Assembly: GCA_013265495.1 (NCBI GenBank)
Contig: MU057403.1
Location: 62,001-126,000, forward strand
Length of the DNA: 64,000 nt
Origin: Vicugna vicugna
Taxonomy: Eukaryota
Direction: 5' to 3'
Below are positions 1 through 11,671 of this stretch, piece after piece. How positions within the stretch are numbered: position 1 is the first letter of the stretch; each line of letters begins with the position of its first letter. The translations under genes were made by a program, and so were the position numbers. The notes beneath the pieces were generated by a model, which searched no databases, was not told the origin of the DNA, and saw nothing but the letters and a program-made list of their open reading frames with translations.

Positions 1-918
1 CGTGAAAAGGTTCTCAACATCACGAATCATCATGGAAATGCAAATCAAAACTGCAGTGATATATCACTTCACATGTGTATAGGCTTACACAAGATGAGAT
101 AAATGATGGAGAGGATGAGCAGAAAAGGGAACCCTGTTAGTGTGAATGTAAGTAGGTACAGTCACTTTGGAAAACAGTACGGAGGTTCCTCAAGAAACTA
201 AAATTAGAACTACTATATGATCCAGCAGTCCCACTTCTGGGTATATATCCAAAGGAAATAAAATCACTAGCTCAAAAAGATACCTGCACTCCACATTCAC
301 TGCGGCATTATTCACAATAGTCAAGACATGGAAACAACATAAGTGTCCATCAACAGATGAATGGAGAAAGAAAATGCAGTATGTATATACAACGGAACAT
401 TATTCAGCCTTAAAACGAGGGAAATTCTGCCATTTGCAACAACACTGATTAACCTGGAGGGCATTATTCTAAGAAAATAAGCCACACAGAGACAGACAAG
501 TACTGCATAATATTACTTATATGTGGAATTAAAAAAAAAAGTCAGATTCACAGAAACAGAGAGGAAAATGGTTGTCAGGGGCTTAGAGGGTGGGGGAAAT
601 AGGGAAATGCTGACAAAAAGTTACAAACTTTCAGTTATACGATAAATAGGGTCTTAGGATCTAATGTATAATATGATGACTACAGTTGATCATACTGTAT
701 GGTGTAATTTGCTAAGAGATTAGAACTCACATGTTCTCAACAAAAAAGAAAAAATGTAAATATGTGATGTGATGAATATGTTAACCTGATGGGAATACTT
801 GAATGCATATATCAAAACATCATCTTGTACACTTTAAATGTATTATAATGTTATGTCAACTACACCTCAATAAAGCTGAAAAGAAAAATAAGCATAAAAG
901 TAAAAAGAAGAAATAAAA
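1..918 (+). mobile_element. Old L1 (L1MA-type) ORF2 end plus 3' UTR, cut by window edge
   Basis: Typical L1 motifs (atgcaaatcaaaac, gatccagcagtcccacttctgggtatatatccaaag, gccatttgcaacaac), AATAAA near 869 and A-rich tail. Confidence 0.9.
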
Positions 919-1568
919 ACTCAAGGCTGCCTTTTGAATGAACCTGAAGGAAATGAGGATGAAACCCTTGCTCGCCACTGTTGGAATGAAGAGCCCTGAC
1001 TTAGGGTATAATCAAAATTTAGTTTAAAAAAAAATCGGTAAGATGTTCAGTGGAATTTAACTATGTAGATTTTTAAAATCACCCTGAAAAGTTATATTTG
1101 ACATTTTTATTTCAGGAGGGAAATTGTCCATCTATGCCATGTCAGTTTGGGTTTTGTTTTGTATTTATTCACAAATAAAATAACCAGATCTAAAGGCTTT
1201 TCTGTTAATGGCAAAACAAAATGGTGCCAGGGCACTCGTGAAACCTGAGCTTATCAGTGATCAGAGGTGAACATGACAGAATAACTAAAAATGAGAATCC
1301 TAACTATTTAGAATATTAGGGCAGAAAATAAGAAAGACTGATTCAGCAGGTCATTGCTTTCTACCAGAATGCTTTAACCTTTTGAGGCTCCAAGTTTTGA
1401 AATTACATTTGGGAGGTATGATGTTGACCTTTCTGTTGCAATATAAATTATTAAGAAAAATAAACCTGTATTTTTACGTTCCTTAGTTTTTTAATATAGA
1501 GTTTTACTAGGACTGGTGATCTAGAATAGACGATCATGGAATTTTCTTACAGTACATGTGGCACTTAC

Positions 1569-1718
1569 CCATTCGAAGACATTCCAGAGAAGCTTGGCCC
1601 CAGTTCCTTGTATATGAAGACTCAATATAGTAGCAGTGACCGTGGAAAGGAATCCATGCTGTGTGCTCTGACTCAGGGCATCTACCAGGCAGTTGTGGAG
1701 GCTCGGTGGCAGGGGTTT
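1569..1718 (-). CDS. MRC1: MRC1 exon 26 (start of CTLD8), 150 nt
   Basis: (E)TPATEPPQLPGRCPESEHTAWIPFHGHCYYIESSYTRNWGQASLECLRM(G); taacag/gtaagt. Confidence 0.97.
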
Positions 1719-2570
1719 CTGTTAATAAAAAGACATTTAAAATAAAGTAAGACATGAAGTTTCCATAGTACGTAGAATAATATATTAGTAATTAAGGAAA
1801 ATGTCATCACTTATCATTATTAAAAAAAAAAGCTCCAGTGGTAATCATTTGGATCCACCATTTTTATTATTAAGTTTTCCTTTTACTTAAAAATTTTTTG
1901 ACTTAACATATATCTCAATAGAAGATACTATAGTATAGTAGTAATCAATCACATTCATAATCAAGAATGCAGCTCTGTAGATACCTACAAAGATGTGAAT
2001 AAGTTCCCCCAAAAGGTCATCCAGAAATAATTTGCAATAATTTGACACTCTTCTCCTTTTCTAGGATCCTAGCCCCTACAGAACTTTCTTAGCTATGACT
2101 GACGTTGATGTTATAACTAAACGATGTAGGTAGAATTCTAGGACTTTATCACTGTCCAGTTCTATGACAGAATTCTAGGACTGGATAGCCAAAATATCAC
2201 TGACTCTGATGAATCCACATGCATCCTGATAAAATTATTTTGATATAGATGTGTTGTCAACATCAAAAGCCATCATAATTTCCTGAGGAATCTGATATCA
2301 TTGATTCAGAGAACAATCTCAATAATAAAAATTCAGAAGTGTGTCCAGAGCAAATAAACTCAAGCAGTGAAGAATAGTTTCTATTTCCATCATTCTGATC
2401 CTTGTAGATTTGTTTACTGCCAAGTCAGTCTTCCGTCAGGTGAAGGAATATGTTTTATCTTATCCTTGAGTTCCCCAAAACATGCTAGTGTTTAATAATA
2501 TCAACAGTGGTTTGTATTAGCACACTGATAAAATTTCAGATCCCTCGATTGTTTCGGTGAATTCAATTAC

Positions 2571-2736
2571 CTTCTGAACTTTTGCAGAGAGAATAAAAAC
2601 TTTCATTGCAATTCGCTGTCTTCCAGTAGCCATCAAGATCCATATAAACACATGCTGACTTCAGTCTGGGTTCATCAGGAGCCCAATTAGTGTACCTCAC
2701 TCTCCACTTATCGGTCCAAACGTATTCATTATTGGT
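2571..2736 (-). CDS. MRC1: MRC1 exon 25 (end of CTLD7), 166 nt
   Basis: TNNEYVWTDKWRVRYTNWAPDEPRLKSACVYMDLDGYWKTANCNESFYSLCKSSE(E); ttacag/gtaatt. Confidence 0.97.
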
Positions 2737-3457
2737 CTGTAAGAACAAAAGCACCCATTAGCATAGACCCTGGCTTCACTTAGAAAATACCCAAAGAACC
2801 AAGCGAGGAGTGGAAAGTGTATTTAAGACTGTAATGGGACAAAGAATTTTCACCATTTGGGAATAAAAAACACATTATGTATTATTTCTATCTAACTCAA
2901 ATTCAGGTAAAATCAGCCTTTCTTAAAAAAAAAAAAACTACTTCCCAAAGATCCCCATTAATAGAGCATTGGAAGCTATTTTGAAAGACACAAACTTAAA
3001 AGCCTACGTCTTATTCTATAAACTCTTTATTTGCAGGCTTCCAGTGCAAAAGAGAAATTTTATGTTCAGAACAAATAAAATGTTATTATACTATCCTTGA
3101 AACGATAATAAAAATTTAGTAACTTTCATTGAATTCATGGACCCCTGAGGGAAACATTTATCTCTTCTAATCTTACTGTTCAGCTGTTGAAACAGGGCCA
3201 ATGACAAAAGTCTTATTCAAGGCCACATGGGTAGGTAGATAAGGGAGGAGCCTAAGCCTCTTGCCTTCCAGTTAGGGGGCCTTTCAACCATAATGAAACA
3301 CGATGGCTTTTTTTTAAGCTAATTGTTTTATTCAATTTGCATATTTAATTACTTAATAAACTTAGTTGAGTAAATTTATGGTCACATACAAATTAACTAA
3401 TAACATCAAAAATATTACTCTTCAATAACATCTTTGTAACAGTTTAAAAGAGATTTT

Positions 3458-3560
3458 AGGGGACTGGTGGTATAGCTTAGTGGTGGAGCAAGTGCTTATT
3501 AGCATATAAGAGTCCCGGGTTTAATCAGTGCCTTGATTAAAAAAATTGAATAAATAAATT
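3458..3560 (+). mobile_element. tRNA-derived SINE (vic-1-like), degraded
   Basis: A box tagcttagtgg, degenerate B box gggtttaatc, A-rich tail. Confidence 0.75.
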
Positions 3561-4767
3561 TAAAAGATGTTATAGGTAAAGCCTCAGAACTGTTGATATA
3601 GAATATTAATCAGAGATAACTGAATTTTTAAGCCATTTAAACACTTGTCCTCTTTTTAACTGCATTATTTAATTTACCAAGCCAATTACCAAAGATTTGA
3701 TGACAAAATAAAAAGCATGTTATTATCTCAAGTTAGAATTTGGTAGGATTCCACCATGTTCAATCAAATAATGATCACATAATCATTAACTCCATAGATG
3801 CTAGGAAGATAATAGTATTGTTTTAGTTATAAATGTCAACAGAATGGAAAGGTATTTAATAATTCTAACTCTAAATAAAATCATGTTTTAAACTCATAAT
3901 ACAATTGTGGCCATACCTGTGAAAAGAAAAGGAATGAATTACCAAGAGAATGAATTACTAAGAATAGATTTAACATAGACATAAAAATGTCACGGCTAAG
4001 TTTAATCACAGAAATCACTGTGGAACTACTTACTTTTTTTCTTTTTTTTTTTTAATTGAAGTATAGTCAGTTTACAATGTTGTGTTACTTTCTGGTGCAC
4101 CGCACAGTCACCACCCTACTTAGGAGCTACTCACGCATGAAGTGTAAATTTCAATCTCTGCCTCATGGTAGAATCAGTTCTGTAAAATCTGATAACAACC
4201 TGCTTTCCAGTTTTATCCCCTTCTATCCTTTTCTCTCTTCTTGGTACTCCTTCCTTATGTTCCACCATCCTAGACTACATTTATAAAGTTTGACTCTCTC
4301 CAAGAAGCCCTCTGGGTCCTGTCCCTTGGCACAACTGATCCCTCTTCTTTCCCCTCATCGCACTTTGTATATACCTCTCTTTGTCACGTGTATTATCTCC
4401 TAGTTACCTATGGCATACTTGTAATTATGACACGAGAAAGATGTTAATAAATAAAACTGTTTAGGTACAGAATTTAATTTTCATATTCAAAAGCAACATG
4501 AAAGTTAATATAAGTTAGGTTAAGTCTTAGATTGATGTCTGATAGGCATCACTAACTTGCTAGATCCTTGAAGGAACTGGGTCCTAGAAAGATTGGGTCT
4601 TGTTCATGTTAGTATTGTTCCCAATGCTTGGCAGATTCTTACACATGACACGTATTCAGCCAAATGAATGATAATACAAGCATCAAAGAGAGGTATGTAC
4701 AAAGAAGAGAATCATATTCAATCATAATATATCAATCATGTCAAGTTACATGCTTCCAGCATCTTAC

Positions 4768-5000
4768 CAAGTTACTGTTCAGGGCGATCCACACTGGTTC
4801 TTTAAACGTCTGCATGAGCATCCATGCAAATGCGTTGCTATAGGGATCTAGAAGACTAGCAATGAAGGAAGTGTGAAGCTTGCAGTAATTATCTGCTTCA
4901 TGCCACTGTAACTTTAATTTCATGAGCGAATAGTTACTTCTGCCATATTTAATAAAGCCATCTGTTGGAACTGTCGTTGGAGAACTAGGCAAGGAAGAGT
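4768..5000 (-). CDS. MRC1: MRC1 exon 24 (CTLD7), 233 nt
   Basis: (D)SSLPSSPTTVPTDGFIKYGRSNYSLMKLKLQWHEADNYCKLHTSFIASLLDPYSNAFAWMLMQTFKEPVWIALNSNL; ttccag/gtaaga. Confidence 0.97.
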
Positions 5001-5715
5001 CTGGAATAGAAAAATTATTTTTATTAACATTAACAATGAACATCATTTGAGCACAATTGGTATTTGACTACTATATTTCATACATCATAAAAATAATCTG
5101 AATAGCACAAATCCAAACCCTCAGGTGTTAAAAACATTTTCATGAGCCATTTTGTACCAGAAAACAAAGTTCTATTTTTAAATTAGGATGCCTGATTGAG
5201 TTAAGTAATTTCCAAACTCTATTTAGAATATTAAGGGAAATACATAATCAAGTTTCTAAACTATAAAAACCAAAAGACTTGTAAATCCAATGAGATCTAA
5301 TATCTAGATGCAAGAAATGCCACAGTTTAATCCCGTAAATTAAAGCACATCTATCATCCTGTCATTACCAATCTCTGTTTTTCCATCTTGGTCAAATTTC
5401 AAGGTCAAGCACAGTCTTCTCCACCCTCCCCCATCAATCTGTTCCACTCCCTCAGTGAGTTTGTATCTACTTGTATCTATTTGACTTCACCTGTGGATAA
5501 TGGACCTTCAAGAGATTGGTTTATGCTCTGGAATAAAGCCACTTAACAGTTCCCAGTTCATTTAACCTTGATCTCAGGATCAAGCTTTATTCCTGTGATG
5601 ATAGCCTGGTCCTTCCCAGAGATACCCTGTATCTTATCCAAACTGACTCAGGGCCTGGAACCTTTGCAAGCAAGAGCCACTCCAGCTTTCTGATCCTTCC
5701 TCTTCAATCTCTTAG

Positions 5716-5822
5716 TGTGGGTTTCGAATAACTACTTTGGTCCCACCCAATTCTTTGAGCCACTCACTGTGGGTTTCGAATAACTACTTTGGTCCCACCC
5801 AATTCTTTGAGCCACTCACTGT
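5716..5822. repeat. Perfect 52-bp tandem duplication
   Basis: tgtgggtttcgaataactactttggtcccacccaattctttgagccactcac at 5716-5767 and 5768-5819, followed by tgt. Confidence 0.97.
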
Positions 5823-5894
5823 CAAGACCCAGAAAAAGCTTGTTTCTGCATGCCTTAGCTGATGCCTTGGTGCAGAACAGAGGTCAGAACAGAA

Positions 5895-6192
5895 TGACAG
5901 CCAGAGGGTGAAATCTGGCCTGCTGTCTGTTTTCGTAGTCCATGAGTTTTTAAATGGTTGGGGGGGGGGAATCAAAGAATAATATTTTGTGACATGTCAA
6001 CATTACATGAAATTCAAATGTGTGTCCATAAATAAAAATTCAGTGGATCACAGCCAGGTTCGTTTGTTTATGTACTGTCTATGATTGTCTGCGATCACAG
6101 CAGAATTGAGTCATCGCAACAGAGACCGTAAGGTCTGCAAATCCTGCAACGCTTATAATCTGTCTCTTACAGAAAAGGTTTACCAACCTCTG
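5895..6192 (+). mobile_element. hAT-Charlie MITE (MER58B-like)
   Basis: aaatctggcctgctgtctgttttcgta ... ttacagaaaaggtttaccaacctctg resembles MER58 ends. Confidence 0.7.
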
Positions 6193-8374
6193 GTCTAGGT
6201 CCTAGATATATCCCTGCCTGTCGATGTTGTCTTGGCCAACTCTCTGATCTGTTCCACTGCATACCAACCCAACCTTCCATCTGCCTTGCTCTTAATATCC
6301 CTGGTAACAATTTTAATTCAGCAAGGATGGCAGCCTCCCCTTCCGCCGTTGCTGCCACCTTGTGTTGGTAAAACAGCATTAAATCCAGGACCCAGGCCAG
6401 GATCCTTGCATATTAACAGCCCTTAGGAAGTGAAAGGTCTTATTTCCCAGCTTGGAGACGACTAGGTTTGTCTTAGTATCACTGGAAAAGTTTCAGACTG
6501 CTGAAAGTGGCAGATGAAGCTTGAGATAAGATTTAAAAGGCTTCATGAAAGGCTATATGCGGCAAGGAAAGTTAGCTCACTCCCTAATTTGCTTGTTTAT
6601 TAAAACATTCATAGGAAAAAATTATAATTAAAAAATTATAATTGAAACTAAATTATTGAGATGTTATCTTTAGGTGGTTAGATAATGAGTAATTTTTTCT
6701 CTTTATGCTTTTCTGAATTTTCTAAAATTTCATCAAGGAACATGTGCTATGTATTTTTTAAGTGTTGTTTATTCATATATATTCCTATGTATTCATTCAT
6801 GTTTTTATTCATATATCTTTATATATCTATATGAATTCATATATATTCTTTCATTTTATTCATCTATAGTATACGAATAAAGTCCACACTGTTTTAAAAA
6901 ATACTGAACATGTGTTCTTTGTTGAAATTTCTTAGGAAATATAGAAAAGCCTAAAAATAAGAGAAAATTACTCAGAATCTAACCACCTAAAAATTACCTC
7001 TCAATATTTTAGTGTTTCCTTATAATTTTTGTATGTAGAGAGATATATTCATAGATAGATATAATATATACAATATAAATGTAAATATAGAGAGAGAGAG
7101 AGTTAGAAAGTTAGTTTTTGAAAAATATTGGAAAATACAATAGCACACTGGAGGAACTAAAGTTCTTAATCCCACTATCCAAAGATAATGTCTATTTCTA
7201 TTTTGATGCATTTCCATAGCTTTTTTTGTTCTTTTTTTTAAAGGACGTTCAAAAGGTTTTTTTAAATGTTTTTTGTATAATCAATAGTCTATAAAATTTT
7301 ACATCCTGCCTTTTTCACTTCAATACTGTGAACCTTTCCTGAAGCCTAAATCATTAAAAATCTTCAAAACACTTTTTATTGGTGGCAAATATCCTACCAC
7401 TTATGTTTACAGGAAGAAGAAAAAGAAGATTTTAAATAAGCTTATGAATCATCGTTAACTAATTTCCCCAAAGAACAGCAGCACAGATGCCATGCTTTGG
7501 CATGGCTGGTGGCCTGAGATGCCGGTGCTGCCGGGCACAGTGCAGAGGAGAAAGTGGCATGGCCTGGACCTGCTTTGGGATTAATAGAAAGTTAGAATTT
7601 CTTCAGTACTTCTCCATCATCTGAAAATACCTTAAGCAATTTTCACTCATTGTCATGAGCTGACGTTAGTTCCCTGATTCCCCAGGAAGTATAAAACACC
7701 GTGAGATCTGGGAGAACAAATACCTTCTAACTCAAACTCCTCTGAAGAGCTGTCCTCAGGATGACAGCAACTCAGCCCATCTTTTCAACCCTTATCTCTA
7801 ATCTTTCTTTTATTTTCTGATCATCTTCTAACAGGGCCAAACATTTTTATTCTAATGTCACTAGAAACTAAAATGCATACAACCATAATCTTGATTCTTG
7901 GTAAATATCGACATAACTGAACAGATTTCATTGAACCAAAGTCAGGCTTCCTAAGATGAAAAAAGTAACACAAGTAAGTTACCTACATTTTTAAAGACTC
8001 AAAATATACAACGATTCACGAGGCAAAGATGATGCTTTGTGGCAACTGTATTCTACACACGTTCAACTGAGGTATTCCTACTCTGACTATTTTTTAAGGG
8101 ACAGGTAAGCAAATATACCAAGTTTCTAAAAAAATTAGAAAAAGTTTCAACTTCAAAATTAATCTGTACAAACTTCCCGTGATGGATGAGGGGACACACT
8201 TCTATTCATAAATACAAATTACAGGAAATATCCTTTTTATCGGTCACAGGCATATGTGGATTGAAGTCAAAATCAAATAACTTGTTGATGTGCAAGGGAA
8301 TTTTTTTTAACAAAACTTTATTTTTTAGAGCAGTTTAAGGTTCACAGCAAAACTGAGAAGAAAATCATTTTTTT

Positions 8375-8890
8375 TTTAAAGAAAACATACGTTCACACCA
8401 AGTCCTACACATGAACATAAATAGCAGTTTTATTAGTATTTGACAGACACTGGAAACAATCCCAGTATCCAAGGGGTGAATGGATAAATGCATTGTGGTA
8501 CATCTGCACAATGGAATACTGTTGAGCAATGGAAAGGAACCAACTCTACACACAACACAGATGACTCCCCAAAGCATTTGCTACATGAAAGAAGCCAAAC
8601 ACAAAAGGCTACTTACTGTTTGATTCCATTTATATGACCTTCTGGAAGAAGCAAAATCATGGGGACAAAAATCAAGTATGTAGTTGCCAGGGGCTAAAGG
8701 TGGGAGGAGGGAATCACTATCAAGGGACCTAAGGGAACGGCTTGGGTGATGGTTCTGCATTGTGCCTCTGGTGGTGGTTACATGACTATATAATAAATCT
8801 GAACAACTCACGGACCTGTACACCTAAAAAGGATGAACTCTACTGTATGTAACTTAAGTCTCAATGAATCCAACTTAAAGTTTTTTTAAA
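8375..8890 (+). mobile_element. Old L1 (L1MB/ME-type) 3' end
   Basis: ctggaaacaatcccagtatcc, gaatggataaa, tgattccatttatatga, ctgtatgtaacttaagtctcaat. Confidence 0.8.
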
Positions 8891-8945
8891 AAGTCATTTT
8901 TAAAAAAAACCCCACCTCTTAACGGCAAGGTCTGGCGGAACTTAC

Positions 8946-9048
8946 CAGGAGGGGTCTGGCATATATAGCCTCGCTTGCTATCACAGGTGTCATCCATCCA
9001 TTTTCCTGCATCCCTGGATTTCCCTCCAATAACAACAACGCAGTCAGC
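8946..9048 (-). CDS. MRC1: MRC1 exon 23 (end of CTLD6), 103 nt
   Basis: ADCVVVIGGKSRDAGKWMDDTCDSKRGYICQTPP(D); atacag/gtaagt. Confidence 0.97.
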
Positions 9049-9635
9049 CTGTATATTTATGGAGAAGAAAAAAGAAGCCACATGTGGATCGACCATCATT
9101 TAAATCAATTCATTAATCAGACAAAAATAAAATCCTTCATCCCTAACCTCCACATTTTAGGATAGTCCTAATTCATTTACAGCATCTGCAATTCATCCTA
9201 TTTCTACACAACTGCACCAACTTTCCATGTGGATCCCTCACACCAAACTGTGGCTGTCTTAACTGAACATTAAGTAGAGACAATAGATAAAGCTTGGTGA
9301 CAGTTCTGAGAAATGTGCTATCAGACATCTCATGAATTCCCTGATCCACAGCTACCACAGTTTCACAACAGCCAGTGGTCTTCTCAACCTCCCTGCCTCC
9401 AGTCTCACTGTCTCATGAGTTTCAACTATCAGGAACCCCCAAACCTACATTTCAGAAATTCTCCACTCATTCCCATCTCCCTTCTAAGCTACTCTTACCT
9501 TCCATTCTCCTGGCTCAGAGTCTCTGCTCTAAGCCAGGAACCCTGTAAAGAACAAGAGTCCTGGCATTGTAACAAAACAACATATGTGCTTTGATTCCAC
9601 TTTTGTGAAATATAAACTTAGTATTTTTACCCATA

Positions 9636-9687
9636 CTAAGGAAAAGTTTATGAATAAAACCCTAAGGAAAAGTTTATGAATAAAACC
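9636..9687. repeat. Perfect 26-bp tandem duplication
   Basis: ctaaggaaaagtttatgaataaaacc x2. Confidence 0.95.
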
Positions 9688-11069
9688 AGCAAAAACGTAA
9701 GTGTTTTTTTCTGGAAGGTGAGATTACAGATTTTATTTGTTTCCATTGTTTCTCCTTTTCTTTCTGTTCTAAAAACAAAAGAAACTTGTGCAATAATGAT
9801 TTTTCTTTATTTTAAAATAAAATTTGCCACTCATCCATGAAGTCTTTCTAAGCAAACCCATCTCCACTCTACTTTTCAGCCCTCATTGATGTAAGGAGGA
9901 TTCAAAGAATTTCTCCCTGGAAAGTCACTTACCCATAACTAGAATGTACCTATGCATCTCATAGATACCAAATGAATTATCATCAAGGTGCCATTTCGAT
10001 CAGGTCATTTTTCTGCTCAAACCATTTTTTTTGCTGCCTATCTGACGAAGTCCAAACTCTTTCATAAGGCATCCAAATTTTCCTAAATTCTGCTTTCCAC
10101 CTTCTAAAGCTAACTCTTAACTTTTTTTTTGCATCACGCCCCTGCTACATCCAAAGCCCTTTACTCTAGCCCAAACCCACCTTGTATCTTTTTCCTGAAG
10201 ACTTTATTCACCTTTCGCACTTAACATAAATTTCCCCATCCTCTCGTCACGTTCCCCTGATCATTATATTTTAAACATATTGAGGAAAAGACCCATTGCT
10301 CATTCTTCCTCATATCCCTTCTTTCCACCAAATGAAGAGCTCCATAGATATGTGTTTGCTGATTAGATCACTCCATCCCACAGTAAGTTTCTTTTCTCCT
10401 AACTGTTCTCATGCTTTACAGTTGACCCTCTCATTATGCAATTTCATTTTGTTGCTGTCCAATTTCTTGTATGAGACTTGTGGTCTAGCTTAAGTTCAAC
10501 CTTCTTTAAGGTAAGAATAAAATCTCATGTTTCTTCACATATTTCATAGTGCCTAGTAGGGTGTTTAACACTGATTTGTTGACGTCAATGATGTAAGATT
10601 AAAAGTAGGGAAATAAAGAAGAAGTCATCTGTCTCTTAGGTTAGGTTACTAGCAAGCTCTCTGCAGATGATAAGCTCAATAATGATGATGATGATGATGA
10701 TTATATCATTAGAAGCTCTAGTAGCTTCCAGAACTATACCCCAAATACTACAACAATTTAAAGAGTCTAGGGGCAGCTGATGCAAAGAATGTTGATAACT
10801 CTGGGTTCAAATAGACATAAGCCCACACTGGAGCTGACTTTCCCCGTTCCTCACTACCACGACCACCCGCCCCTCCAAGATGAAGAGTTCGTCAGTGAAT
10901 TCACAGCTTTTCCTTCAAGGCTGTCTCAGCCTGAAACAGTTAAAATCTGCAAGAATGGATCAGATCAAGGAGTACTCTGGTAGATTTTTTAACACAAGAT
11001 TAATCACTAATATGATGATTTGAAGCAAAGAGACAGTGTACAGAGAGGTGACCTGAAAGTGATATTTAC

Positions 11070-11236
11070 ATCTTCATAAGAAAGACTGCTCCTTCTCCCA
11101 CCAGGGAAGCCCTTCCCCCAGTTTGTGTAAGAAACTCCTCGTCCATCCGTCCAAAGGAAGGTGTGCTCTGAGTTGACATCATTCAGCCCAGTCCAGGCAT
11201 TAAAAGTGGAGTCCTTCATATGATATGTAAGAAATG
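11070..11236 (-). CDS. MRC1: MRC1 exon 22 (CTLD6), 167 nt
   Basis: (A)FLTYHMKDSTFNAWTGLNDVNSEHTFLWTDGRGVSYTNWGKGFPGGRRSSLSYED; tttcag/gtaaat. Confidence 0.97.
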
Positions 11237-11463
11237 CTGAAATAAAGTTTCACGAGATAATTTTAAACTTTGGGGGGAAATACCCAACATATGGAAAATA
11301 TTCAAAATGCATTAATTTTAAAATCCCAAACATGTAATTAATGTCTCTATTATTATTTAAAAGTACTTACCGTGAAAACAAACACATTCTAACCGGAGCA
11401 TCATGTTATCACCTCAGCTCTGGACTTTGAAAAGTTTCTCACAATAAAATTCTAGGTTTTATC

Positions 11464-11671
11464 TGGGTCACCACAGATAACTGTACAGGTTGTATCCTGC
11501 CCAAGGGCACTGGGGCACCAGGGCATGGGAGAAGGGGAGGCTAAAGTCCATTCCATGCCCCTCTCTCCATTTCGTATAACCCAGTCTAGGTTGTGGCTGC
11601 CTACCATTCTTCAGGAAAAGGTTCATTTTTCTAATTTATGCACAGTTACCCTACGCGTTAGCTGGTGTCCT
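11464..11671 (+). mobile_element. hAT-Tip100 MITE (MER91A-like)
   Basis: acaggttgtatcctgcccaagggc ... tttttctaatttatgcaca ... gttagctggtgtcctg resembles MER91A as recalled. Confidence 0.55.

Noticed and set aside
5716..5822. CRISPR-like direct repeat
   Set aside because: Two abutting copies with no spacers in a mammalian intron
6426..6435. Isolated GGAAGTGAAA ETS-IRF motif
   Set aside because: Single motif without convincing neighbouring sites
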